From assembly GCA_031422495.1 (NCBI GenBank), contig JANPLX010000100.1, positions 197 to 64,196 of the forward strand: a DNA stretch of 64,000 nucleotides. Reading direction: 5' to 3'. Below are positions 18,382 through 26,571 of the stretch, piece by piece. The notes below the pieces were generated by a model. It had not been told where the DNA came from. It searched no databases and worked only from the letters and a program-made list of their open reading frames with translations. The translations under genes were made by a program, and so were the position numbers. Source of the stretch: Polaromonas sp. (GTDB taxonomy: Bacteria > Pseudomonadota > Gammaproteobacteria > Burkholderiales > Burkholderiaceae_C). Numbering within the stretch: position 1 is the stretch's first letter; each line of letters begins with the position of its first letter.

Positions 18382-19029
18382 ATGGTTGAATTTTCAATTT
18401 GGGATATTTTTCGTAATTTGCTGTTGGCAGGTCGCTGGACAGTTGCTTTATCGCTGGTCGCATTTATTGGCGGTGGCTTGGTGGGCTTGGCATTGTTGGT
18501 GCTGCGTCTGTCCAAATTGCCGATGGCAGATAAATTTGTTGGCGGCTATGTGCAGCTTTTCCAAGGCACACCCTTGTTGATGCAGCTTTTTTTATCGTAC
18601 TTTGGTATTGCGCTGCTTGGCATCAACACCTCTGCTTCGGTGGTAGCTGCTGTGGCATTGACGCTGTATAACAGCGCATTTTTGACCGAAATTTGGCGTG
18701 GCTGTGTCAACGCTATACCCAAGGGGCAATGGGAAGCGGCAGAGAGTTTGGCGCTCAATTTTGGCGAACAACTGCGTTATGTGGTGTTGCCATAAGCGGT
18801 CAATATTGCGATTCCACCCACAGTGGGTTTTCTGGTGCAAGTCATCAAAGGCACGGCTTTGGCGTCGGTCATTGGTTTTATAGAGTTGACCAAAGCGGGC
18901 ACCATGATTACCAACGCCACCTTCAAGCCATTTTTGGTTTACAGCTGTTTGGCGTTGATGTATTTTGCGCTGTGTTTCCCTGTGTCGATGTATGCGCGCA
19001 GGCTTGAGAGGAAGTTAAATCGTGGCTAA
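18382..19029 (+). pseudogene. Second amino-acid ABC permease, interrupted by one in-frame TAA (18793-18795)
   Basis: ORFs 18382-18795 and 18823-19029 are in the same frame. Read through, the junction is ...LRYVVLP*AVNIAIPPTVGFLVQVIKGT.... The stop sits exactly where this family has the conserved Gln of LPQA (TAA versus CAA). Confidence 0.75.
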
Positions 19030-19783
19030 ACATATCACTGACGATTCAAAAAATTTAATTGAAATTAGCCAACTGCGTAAAAGCTTTGGTGCAAACGAGG
19101 TGCTCAAAGGCATTGATTTGCAAGTGCAACAGGGCGAGGTGATTGCCATCATTGGCAAAAGCGGCTCGGGAAAAAGTACGCTGTTGCGCTGCATCAATGG
19201 TTTGGAAGAATTTCAGTCAGGAACCTTAATCGTCGATGGACAAGCCTTGAAGCACAAAGATGCGCTGGCGATGCGAGCACTGCGGCAAAAAGTGGGCATG
19301 ATTTTTCAGAGCTTTAACTTGTTCCCACATCTCAGTGTTGGGAAAAACGTGATGCTTGCTCCCAATTTGGTCAAACAAACTGATGCTGCAACTGGCGAAG
19401 TGCAAGCCCGTAAATTATTAGAACGTGTGGGTTTGGCTGAGAAATACGATGCGTATCCAGACCAGCTTTCGGGTGGACAGCAACAGCGCGTTGCCATTGC
19501 CCGTGCACTGGCTATGGAGCCTGCTGTACTGCTCTGCGATGAAATCACGTCTGCGTTAGACCCAGAGTTAGTCGGTGAAGTGCTGCGAGTCGTGGAGACT
19601 TTGGCGAACGAGGGCATGACGCTTTTGATGGTGACGCACGAAATGAGCTTTGCTCGCAAAGTTAGCGACCGCGTGATTTTCATGCACCAAGGTTGCGTGC
19701 ACGAAATGGGCTCACCTCAAGAGCTGTTTGCAAATCCTAAAACACCTGAGTTACAGCAGTTTTTAGCGTCTATTAACGATTGA
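19022..19783 (+). CDS. Amino-acid ABC transporter ATP-binding protein
   Basis: 253 aa with Walker A GKSGSGKST, signature LSGGQQQR and Walker B LLCDE. Confidence 0.9.
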   Translation: MAKHITDDSKNLIEISQLRKSFGANEVLKGIDLQVQQGEVIAIIGKSGSGKSTLLRCINGLEEFQSGTLIVDGQALKHKDALAMRALRQKVGMIFQSFNLFPHLSVGKNVMLAPNLVKQTDAATGEVQARKLLERVGLAEKYDAYPDQLSGGQQQRVAIARALAMEPAVLLCDEITSALDPELVGEVLRVVETLANEGMTLLMVTHEMSFARKVSDRVIFMHQGCVHEMGSPQELFANPKTPELQQFLASIND

Positions 19784-19795
19784 GCTGTTGAACGT

Positions 19796-21577
19796 TTAAG
19801 CGTCTTGAGATAGCTTCGATAGTAACGCCGAAAAAGCTTCAATTGCCAGTTGCATATCATCGCTGGTTGTAGATTCCAGTGGGTTATGGCTGATACCGGA
19901 ATTTTCGCCCCGCACAAACAGCATCGCTTGCGGCATCACTTCATGCAACTTCATGGCATCGTGGCCAGCGCCACTGGGCATGCGGTACACAGGGACACCT
20001 AAGCTGTCTACAGCTTGCTCCCAGTGCTGTTGCCACGCGGTTGCGCTAGGTGCGGCTGCAGCGCGCATGGTTTCTTCAAGCGTGTAGCGCACTTGGCGGC
20101 GCTCGCAAATCGCTTTAAACTGGCTCACGATGTCGCTAACCAAGGCATCGCGTTGGCCATCGTTGGGTGCGCGCATATCCAGTGTGAACTGGCATCGCCC
20201 AGGCACGACGTTGGTCGAACCATTGGGCACGTTGAGTTGTCCCACCGTTGCAACCGAATCCTCATCTTGTGCGGCGCGTTGCTCAGCAAACAAGATCAAC
20301 TCGGCAACAGCTGCAGCCGCATCGAAGCGTCTGTTCATGGGCGTGGTGCCAGCATGACATGCCATGCCGATCACTTCGCAGGCATAGCGCACGCTGCCGT
20401 TGATAGATGTGACGACACCAAGTGGGATGCTCAACTCATTGAGTACGGGCCCCTGCTCAATGTGTACTTCAACAAAACCCAAATAATCTTCTGTGCGGCG
20501 TTTTACCTTTTCAATATCAGTTAACCCGTTGGGAATCAAGTCAGCATGCAGCATCGCTTGCCGCATAGAGATACCATCTGCATCGAGTTGATCCAACCAC
20601 GCAGGATTGAACTGACCAATCAAAGCACTTGAGCCTAAAAATGTTGCCTTGTAACGTTGACCTTCTTCTTCAGCAAACCCAACCACTTCAATATGAAAAG
20701 GCAAGCGTTTACCTCGACGTTTCAATTCGCGTACACATGCCATCGGTACAAAAATACCCAAGCGACCATCGTATTTGCCGCCGTTGCGCACAGTGTCATA
20801 GTGACTGCCAGTTAGCAGTGATTTTGCGTTAGTAGTAGTCGCGTGATAGCGTCCAACGACATTTCCCACAGCGTCAATGCTGACTTCATCAAAGCCACAA
20901 TCATTCATCGTTTGTGAAATATCTTTAGCGCAGGCGCGGTGTGCATCGGTGAGATACGTCACCGTTAGTTGCTGCTTTTCAGCATAACCAGCATCTGTGT
21001 GCGTGCTCAGGTGCTCTTGCAAATCCCAAACGTCGTTGCCCAAGCTGGGTGCAATGCCAAATTTGTCGTTGAGACGAATTTCGACAATGCGGTGTATTTG
21101 TCGCAAGCATTCTTGCAATTCGAATTCTGGGTGATTGTGCAAACGGCGCTCAAACGTAGCTAATATTTGCGCTTTACTCAAACCCGTGCCGCGTGCTCCG
21201 CGCACTGCCAAAATAAACGGGAAACCAAATTTGTCTGCATACGATTTATTTAGTGCCGCAATTTTGTGCAATTCTTCTGCCGTGCACTGTGTCAAGTCTG
21301 CTTTATTTTGCTCGTTGGTCGATTCTGCTGTCAGCGCATTGCTTTGCATCGCTTTGCCTGCTAACTCTGGATGTGCACGAATCAAATTGAGCTGTTCTTC
21401 TCGTTCAGCTGTCGCGAGTACTTGCGTCATGCAATATTTGAGCTGCGCAAGCGATTTAAAAGGCCGTTGGGCTACTGCACGGTCAGCTATCCAAAGCGAG
21501 TGTTCGTACAAACCTGCCAGCATCACTACCGCATCAGCAGATGTTGCGGCGTTGAGTTTTTGTAAAGTCAAAGTCAT
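19796..21577 (-). CDS. Fusion protein: OHCU decarboxylase (N-terminal) + allantoate amidohydrolase-type M20 hydrolase (C-terminal)
   Basis: The N-terminal part has YEHSLWIA...LIRAHPELAG...KFGFPFILAVRG (UraD hallmarks). The C-terminal part has GSHYDTVRNGGKYDGRLGI...GFAEEEG (AllC/carbamoyl-amidohydrolase). I place the start at MTLTLQKLN (21577) rather than the ORF-track start 21643, which would overlap puuE. Confidence 0.8.
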   Translation of the reverse strand: MTLTLQKLNAATSADAVVMLAGLYEHSLWIADRAVAQRPFKSLAQLKYCMTQVLATAEREEQLNLIRAHPELAGKAMQSNALTAESTNEQNKADLTQCTAEELHKIAALNKSYADKFGFPFILAVRGARGTGLSKAQILATFERRLHNHPEFELQECLRQIHRIVEIRLNDKFGIAPSLGNDVWDLQEHLSTHTDAGYAEKQQLTVTYLTDAHRACAKDISQTMNDCGFDEVSIDAVGNVVGRYHATTTNAKSLLTGSHYDTVRNGGKYDGRLGIFVPMACVRELKRRGKRLPFHIEVVGFAEEEGQRYKATFLGSSALIGQFNPAWLDQLDADGISMRQAMLHADLIPNGLTDIEKVKRRTEDYLGFVEVHIEQGPVLNELSIPLGVVTSINGSVRYACEVIGMACHAGTTPMNRRFDAAAAVAELILFAEQRAAQDEDSVATVGQLNVPNGSTNVVPGRCQFTLDMRAPNDGQRDALVSDIVSQFKAICERRQVRYTLEETMRAAAAPSATAWQQHWEQAVDSLGVPVYRMPSGAGHDAMKLHEVMPQAMLFVRGENSGISHNPLESTTSDDMQLAIEAFSALLSKLSQDA

Positions 21578-21599
21578 GGTGCGTTGGTTCAAGTCAATT

Positions 21600-22550
21600 T
21601 CAAGTTGTTTTGTATGGATGCGTTTGTTTCCAATGCTGCGCAATGTCTAAACGTGTGCAAATCCACACTTTGTTGTGCGCCTGCACATAGTCCAAAAAAT
21701 TTTGAAGTGATTTCATCCGTCCAGGACGTCCTAAAAGACGGCAATGCATACCGACGTTCATCATCTTTGGTGCGTTTAGACCATTCGGGTCGCCTTCTGT
21801 ATACAACACATCAAAACTATCTTTCAGGTAGGTAAAAAAATCGTCACCTTGCGCAAACCCTTGCGCCGATGCAAAACGCATGTCGTTGGTGTCAAGTGTG
21901 TACGGCACAATGAGCTGCGGCACTACATCGCCACTGGTTTTTTGCACTTTCATCCAAAATGGTAAATCGTCACCATAGTAATCACTGTCGTACTCGAAGC
22001 CACCATAATCGGCAACTAGACGTCGTGTGTTTGGGCTGTCGCGTCCGGTGTACCAGCCCAGTGGTCGCTCGCCTGTCATCTGGCTAATGATCTCCATACC
22101 AATGCGCATGTGTTCGCGCTCTAACGCTTCATCAAGGTTTTGGTAGCTGATCCAACGCCAACCGTGGCAAGCGATTTCATGCCCCAGTTCTTTGAACGCG
22201 GCGGTTAACTCTGGGTGACGCTGCAGAGCGATGCTGACACCAAACACCGTCAGCGGTAATTTGCGCAATTCAAACTCCCTTAGCAATCGCCAAACACCTG
22301 CACGAGATCCATATTCGTATATGCTCTCCATGCTCTGATGGCGTGCCGTAAAAGCGCTGGCGTTGAACATTTCAGATAAAAATTGCTCAGACGCCGCATC
22401 GCCATGCAGCACAGAGTTTTCACCGCCTTCTTCATAATTCAACACAAACTGCAACGCAATACGCGACTCATTTGGCCACGCAGCATGTGGCACGTCGCGT
22501 CCATAGCCGATCAAATCGCGAGGGTAGGGCAATGTACTGTCGTAGGTCAT
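21600..22550 (-). CDS. puuE: Allantoinase, PuuE type (polysaccharide deacetylase fold)
   Basis: 316 aa, PYPRDLIGYGRDVPHAAWPNESRIALQFVLNYEEGGENSVLHGD; the typical PuuE N-terminus. Confidence 0.85.
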   Translation of the reverse strand: MTYDSTLPYPRDLIGYGRDVPHAAWPNESRIALQFVLNYEEGGENSVLHGDAASEQFLSEMFNASAFTARHQSMESIYEYGSRAGVWRLLREFELRKLPLTVFGVSIALQRHPELTAAFKELGHEIACHGWRWISYQNLDEALEREHMRIGMEIISQMTGERPLGWYTGRDSPNTRRLVADYGGFEYDSDYYGDDLPFWMKVQKTSGDVVPQLIVPYTLDTNDMRFASAQGFAQGDDFFTYLKDSFDVLYTEGDPNGLNAPKMMNVGMHCRLLGRPGRMKSLQNFLDYVQAHNKVWICTRLDIAQHWKQTHPYKTT

Positions 22551-22588
22551 GGTAATAGAATTTGTTGCGTTTTGAAGTTGAAAACGAG

Positions 22589-23278
22589 TTAATCTTTTAA
22601 ATCTAAACCAGCTAAGACACTTTGTAAATGCTCTTGCATCAGTTGCTTGGCTAAGCTTATGTTTTTATCTGCAATCGCTTGAAGAATATCAACATGCTCG
22701 TCGTGCGAATGCCCAGCAGCGTGATCTGATTGGTATAGCAGGGTGATCAAAGAGCAGCGTGAAATTAAATCCTGCAGTGACTGCGCTAACACGTCATTCT
22801 CTAGAAGCTCAGCCATCAAGACATGAAAATCACCCAGCAGTTCAACTCGGTTGGCAGCATCTGAGCTATGCACAGCCGCCGCTTCGATTTTGATGTGAGC
22901 ACGCAGGACTTTGATTTTTTGCGGGGTGATGCCCGCAATCAACGACTCCAACATCGCAGATTCTAAAATCATGCGTACGGCAAACACCTCACGCGCTTCT
23001 TTGCTGGAAGGGGCGGCTACAAACGCGCCGCGTGCCTGCTCGATCCGTATCAAATGTTTTTGAGAGAGTTGGTAAAGCGCCTGCCGAACCAGCGTACGAG
23101 AGACACCAAATTGATCCGCAATCTGCTGCTCTTTAAGTTTTTCGCCAGGCTGTAAACGATGCTCAATAATGGCCTTCGTTAAAGACTGCACAATATGCTC
23201 TGTGCTTGAAATACCCTTATCGGCAGACACAGTTTCAGCTTGCATTGATGGAAAAATTAGCAATTTGGCAGAAGTCAT
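22589..23278 (-). CDS. GntR-family (FadR/FCD subfamily) transcriptional regulator
   Basis: HTH IADQFGVSRTLVRQALYQLSQKHLI plus a helical FCD-like C-terminus. The start is uncertain (23278 or 23245). The ORF-track start 23335 overlaps hiuH. Confidence 0.8.
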   Translation of the reverse strand: MTSAKLLIFPSMQAETVSADKGISSTEHIVQSLTKAIIEHRLQPGEKLKEQQIADQFGVSRTLVRQALYQLSQKHLIRIEQARGAFVAAPSSKEAREVFAVRMILESAMLESLIAGITPQKIKVLRAHIKIEAAAVHSSDAANRVELLGDFHVLMAELLENDVLAQSLQDLISRCSLITLLYQSDHAAGHSHDEHVDILQAIADKNISLAKQLMQEHLQSVLAGLDLKD

Positions 23279-23319
23279 GGCAAAATTGTATACACTTTTA
23301 AGTAATTCAGGGGAAATAA

Positions 23320-23688
23320 ATGGGACTTTCAACACACGTTCTGGACACGATGCACGGTTGCCCAGCAGCAGGCATGCTAGTCAAACTGTATACGATGACT
23401 TTCGACAGTGTCGGTGGCGAGAATTCCACATTAGTAAAAGCCATAACCCTAAACGCCGATGGCCGCAACCCAGATGGTCTTTTGTTTGACAATGCGAGTC
23501 TGAAGGTCGGCACTTATAGACTGGTTTTTGATGTGGCCGCTTATTTCAAATCATTGGCTGTAGTTTTGCCCGAGCCCAATTTCTTGAGCTTGGTGAGCAT
23601 TGATTTTGGCATTGCCCATGCAGATCAGCACTACCATGTTCCCCTGCTCGTTAGTCCTTGGAGCTACTCAACTTACCGTGGTTCGTAA
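23320..23688 (+). CDS. uraH: 5-hydroxyisourate hydrolase (transthyretin-like)
   Basis: 122 aa with N-terminal LSTHVLDT..G.PA and the C-terminal signature YSTYRGS. Confidence 0.9.
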   Translation: MGLSTHVLDTMHGCPAAGMLVKLYTMTFDSVGGENSTLVKAITLNADGRNPDGLLFDNASLKVGTYRLVFDVAAYFKSLAVVLPEPNFLSLVSIDFGIAHADQHYHVPLLVSPWSYSTYRGS

Positions 23689-23725
23689 TTTAAAGCGACT
23701 CGTAATATTCGGTTCGAAAAATAAT

Positions 23726-24958
23726 ATGGAATCCTATTTATTAGACTGGGCAAACTTGCTATTGCGCTGGGTGCATGTCATCACGGCGATTGCATGGATA
23801 GGCTCATCGTTTTACTTTGTATTTTTAGACAACAACTTGTTGAAGCCAAAATCGCCTGATTTGCTTGAAAAAGGCGTTGATGGGGCGATGTGGGCAGTCC
23901 ATGGTGGTGGGTTTTACAACCCGCAAAAATACATGATTGCCCCCAAAGTTATTCATAGTAAGTTGCACTGGTTTTATTGGGAAAGCTACAGCACATGGTT
24001 GTCGGGTTTTGCACTATTTACGTTGCTTTACCTTTACAACGCATCAACGTATTTGATCGACAAGTCGCTGATGGATTGGACGCCGGCAGCCGCTATCAGT
24101 GCGGCAATCGCGTTTTTAGTCGTCTTTTGGTTGGTTTACGACGGTGTTTGTCGACTTTTTGGTTTCAAAAAAAATGGTGAATTGATCGTTGGCTTGGTCA
24201 TGCTGCTAGTCATCGTGGCTGCCTCATGGCTTGCCTGCCAATTGTTTGCGGGTCGGGCTGCGTTTTTACTGGTCGGTGCCATGGTTGCCACGGCCATGAG
24301 CGCTAACGTGTTCTTTTGGATCATTCCCGGTCAGCGCACCATGGTTGCCGCGATGACCAGCGACCAGCCCTATGACGCCAAAGCCATGGCCATCCACGGC
24401 AAGCGCGGCAAGCAGCGCAGCATTCATAACACTTATTTCACGCTGCCAGTGATCTTTGCCATGTTGAGCAACCACTACAGTTTCACCTACACCCACCCGC
24501 AGAATTGGCTGATTTTGGTGCTCATGATGTTCTCAGGCGCAGCCATTCGCCAGTATTTTGTGATGCGCCACGGCTACAAACATGGCCGCACAGGCAACCC
24601 GTGGCCGTATGCTGCAGTGGGTGTTGTTGCGATATTAGGCGTGATTGTTTGGTTAGCACCCACAGCTAAAACGGCTGCAAAACCTTCTGAAAAACCAATT
24701 TCAATTCAGATAGCTACTCCTTCTGGCGCAAAACCCGTCTCGGCAGAAATAACAAACATCATCGAAAAACGCTGCCTGATGTGCCACGGCGAGCAGGTGC
24801 AAATGAAAAATGTGCGTTTAGATTCAGCAGAAAACCTGCAAAAGAACGCTGCTATGGTGTACCAGCAAGTCATTGTGACAAAACAGATGCCCATGAACAA
24901 CTCAACCGGCTTGACGGACGAAGAGCGTCAAAAGCTGGGTGAATGGGCTAAACCTTAA
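23726..24958 (+). CDS. puuD: Membrane urate hydroxylase, PuuD type, with a C-terminal cytochrome c domain
   Basis: Polytopic membrane protein starting MESYLLDWANLLLRWVHVITAIAWIGSSFYFVFLDN, with C-terminal CLMCHG haem motif. The ORF-track start 23600 overlaps uraH, and ATG 23726 fits better. Confidence 0.8.
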   Translation: MESYLLDWANLLLRWVHVITAIAWIGSSFYFVFLDNNLLKPKSPDLLEKGVDGAMWAVHGGGFYNPQKYMIAPKVIHSKLHWFYWESYSTWLSGFALFTLLYLYNASTYLIDKSLMDWTPAAAISAAIAFLVVFWLVYDGVCRLFGFKKNGELIVGLVMLLVIVAASWLACQLFAGRAAFLLVGAMVATAMSANVFFWIIPGQRTMVAAMTSDQPYDAKAMAIHGKRGKQRSIHNTYFTLPVIFAMLSNHYSFTYTHPQNWLILVLMMFSGAAIRQYFVMRHGYKHGRTGNPWPYAAVGVVAILGVIVWLAPTAKTAAKPSEKPISIQIATPSGAKPVSAEITNIIEKRCLMCHGEQVQMKNVRLDSAENLQKNAAMVYQQVIVTKQMPMNNSTGLTDEERQKLGEWAKP

Positions 24959-25004
24959 GAATATTGAATTGTAAGAATATTGACTTAGAGGAATATAGAC
25001 TTAC
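24957..25004 (+). repeat. Three tandem 16-bp direct repeats upstream of xdhA
   Basis: AAGAATATTGAATTGT / AAGAATATTGACTTAG / AGGAATATAGACTTAC, beginning inside the puuD stop codon. Confidence 0.8.
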
Positions 25005-25074
25005 ATCAAGCCATTTCAAGTTAGGCTGGGTAAAATGGTGATAGGTCATTTTCCAGCCATTTTTAGAGGTCTTC

Positions 25075-26571
25075 ATGAGCCAAGTTACCAACTCCGTTCG
25101 CTTCGTCCTCGACGGCAAGATCGTCGAGGCGCAGGGCGCGCGGCGCACCACAACTGTCTTGGACTATTTGCGCGAGCAAATGCATCGCACCGGTACCAAA
25201 GAGGGCTGCGCTGAGGGGGATTGTGGGGCTTGCGTGGTTTTAGTGGGCGAGTTGAACGCGGCAGGAACAGGCGTTGACTATGTGCCGACGAACAGCTGTA
25301 TGCAATTGCTGCCCTCGTTAGACGGCAAATCCATCAAAACTGTGGAAAGTTTGAAACGTGCTGATGGTACGTTGCATCCGATCCAAGAGTCTATGGCGAC
25401 TTGCTTTGGCTCGCAATGCGGTTTTTGCACACCGGGTATTGTGATGAGTTTGGCGGGTTTGGTGCAAACCAACACCGCACCGAACCGTACAGAAATCAAC
25501 GATGCGCTGAGTGGCAATTTGTGCCGCTGCACAGGCTACAAACCCATCATCGACGCCACCTTACAAGCCTGCAAAGCAGCGCCCGAGCAGCTGAAAATCG
25601 AAGACGAAGCCGACATCGCCCTGCTCAAAAACATCCGCCGCGCCGCTGTGCCGATTTACAACTTGGATGGCGATATCGTCGTGCAGCCCGTCGTGCGCAC
25701 CCGCAAGGGCAACGAATTTGTCGCTCCTGCCACAGTGGCAGAGGTGGCTGATTACCTCGTCAAACACCCCAACGCCACGCTACTCGCAGGCAGCACAGAG
25801 ATCGGTCTGCAGGTCAACAAGCAGTTCACCCGCCCCGACAACATCGTTTACTTGGGTAATGTCACCGAACTGAAAACGATTACCTCTAAAAACGGCATGT
25901 GGCACATTGGCGCAGCCGTGTCGCTCACGCAAGTTCAAAACCTTATTGGTGATACCTATCCTGACTTTGCCGAGGTGCTACGTCGATTTGGCTCACCGCC
26001 TATCCGCTCGACCGCGACCTTAGCCGGCAATATCGCCAACGGCTCGCCGATTGGTGATTCCATGCCGTGTTTGCTCGCTTTGGGGGCAACGATGACGCTA
26101 CGCCGTGGTGACAAAACGCGCCAAGTTGCTTTGGAAAACTTCTATACCGGCATGAAGAAAAACGTGCTGCAAGCGGGCGAATTCATTGAAGCTGTACTCT
26201 TGCCGCAACCCAAAAAGGGTAGCGCCTTCCGCGCCCACAAAATCAGCAAACGCTTCGACCAGGACATCTCTGCCATCGTCTGCGCCATGAGCTACGTGCT
26301 GGTGGGTGGCAAGTTCAAAAATGTCAAAATAGCCTACAACGGTTTAGCATCGTCACCCTGTCGTGCTCCTAAATTAGAAGCAATATTAGAAGAAAATACG
26401 CCGGCTAATGTGCAAAGTGCAGCGCTTGATGCGGCAATCACTGCCAGTTTTCCTGCGCGTGACGGCTTGCGTGCCACTTGGGCGTATCGCTCCTTGGTTG
26501 CGCGCAATTTGGTGATGCAATTTGTGGAAGAGTCAATCGAATCCTCAGACCTCATGAAGGAGACTGTGTAA
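25075..26571 (+). CDS. xdhA: Xanthine dehydrogenase small subunit (2Fe-2S + FAD domains)
   Basis: 498 aa with GCAEGDCGACVV and CRCTGYKPI iron-sulfur motifs, then the FAD-binding domain. Confidence 0.9.
   Translation: MSQVTNSVRFVLDGKIVEAQGARRTTTVLDYLREQMHRTGTKEGCAEGDCGACVVLVGELNAAGTGVDYVPTNSCMQLLPSLDGKSIKTVESLKRADGTLHPIQESMATCFGSQCGFCTPGIVMSLAGLVQTNTAPNRTEINDALSGNLCRCTGYKPIIDATLQACKAAPEQLKIEDEADIALLKNIRRAAVPIYNLDGDIVVQPVVRTRKGNEFVAPATVAEVADYLVKHPNATLLAGSTEIGLQVNKQFTRPDNIVYLGNVTELKTITSKNGMWHIGAAVSLTQVQNLIGDTYPDFAEVLRRFGSPPIRSTATLAGNIANGSPIGDSMPCLLALGATMTLRRGDKTRQVALENFYTGMKKNVLQAGEFIEAVLLPQPKKGSAFRAHKISKRFDQDISAIVCAMSYVLVGGKFKNVKIAYNGLASSPCRAPKLEAILEENTPANVQSAALDAAITASFPARDGLRATWAYRSLVARNLVMQFVEESIESSDLMKETV
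26369..26410 (+). repeat. Partial composite-repeat copy in frame near the xdhA 3' end
   Basis: cctaaattagaaGCAATAttagaagaAAATACGCCGGCTAatg contains a 14-mer identical to the repeat core. It encodes ...LEAILEENTPAN.... Confidence 0.55.

Noticed and set aside
20015-21650. Plus-strand ORFs 20015-20524 and 21135-21650
   Set aside because: They are antisense to the uraD-allC fusion gene and have no recognisable motifs.
26478-26570. ORF-track N-terminal extensions (xdhB from 26478, puuD from 23600, ABC ATPase from 51668, uraD-allC from 21643, GntR from 23335)
   Set aside because: Each extension overlaps the preceding gene or lacks homology. Internal ATGs give canonical N-termini and sensible spacing or coupling.
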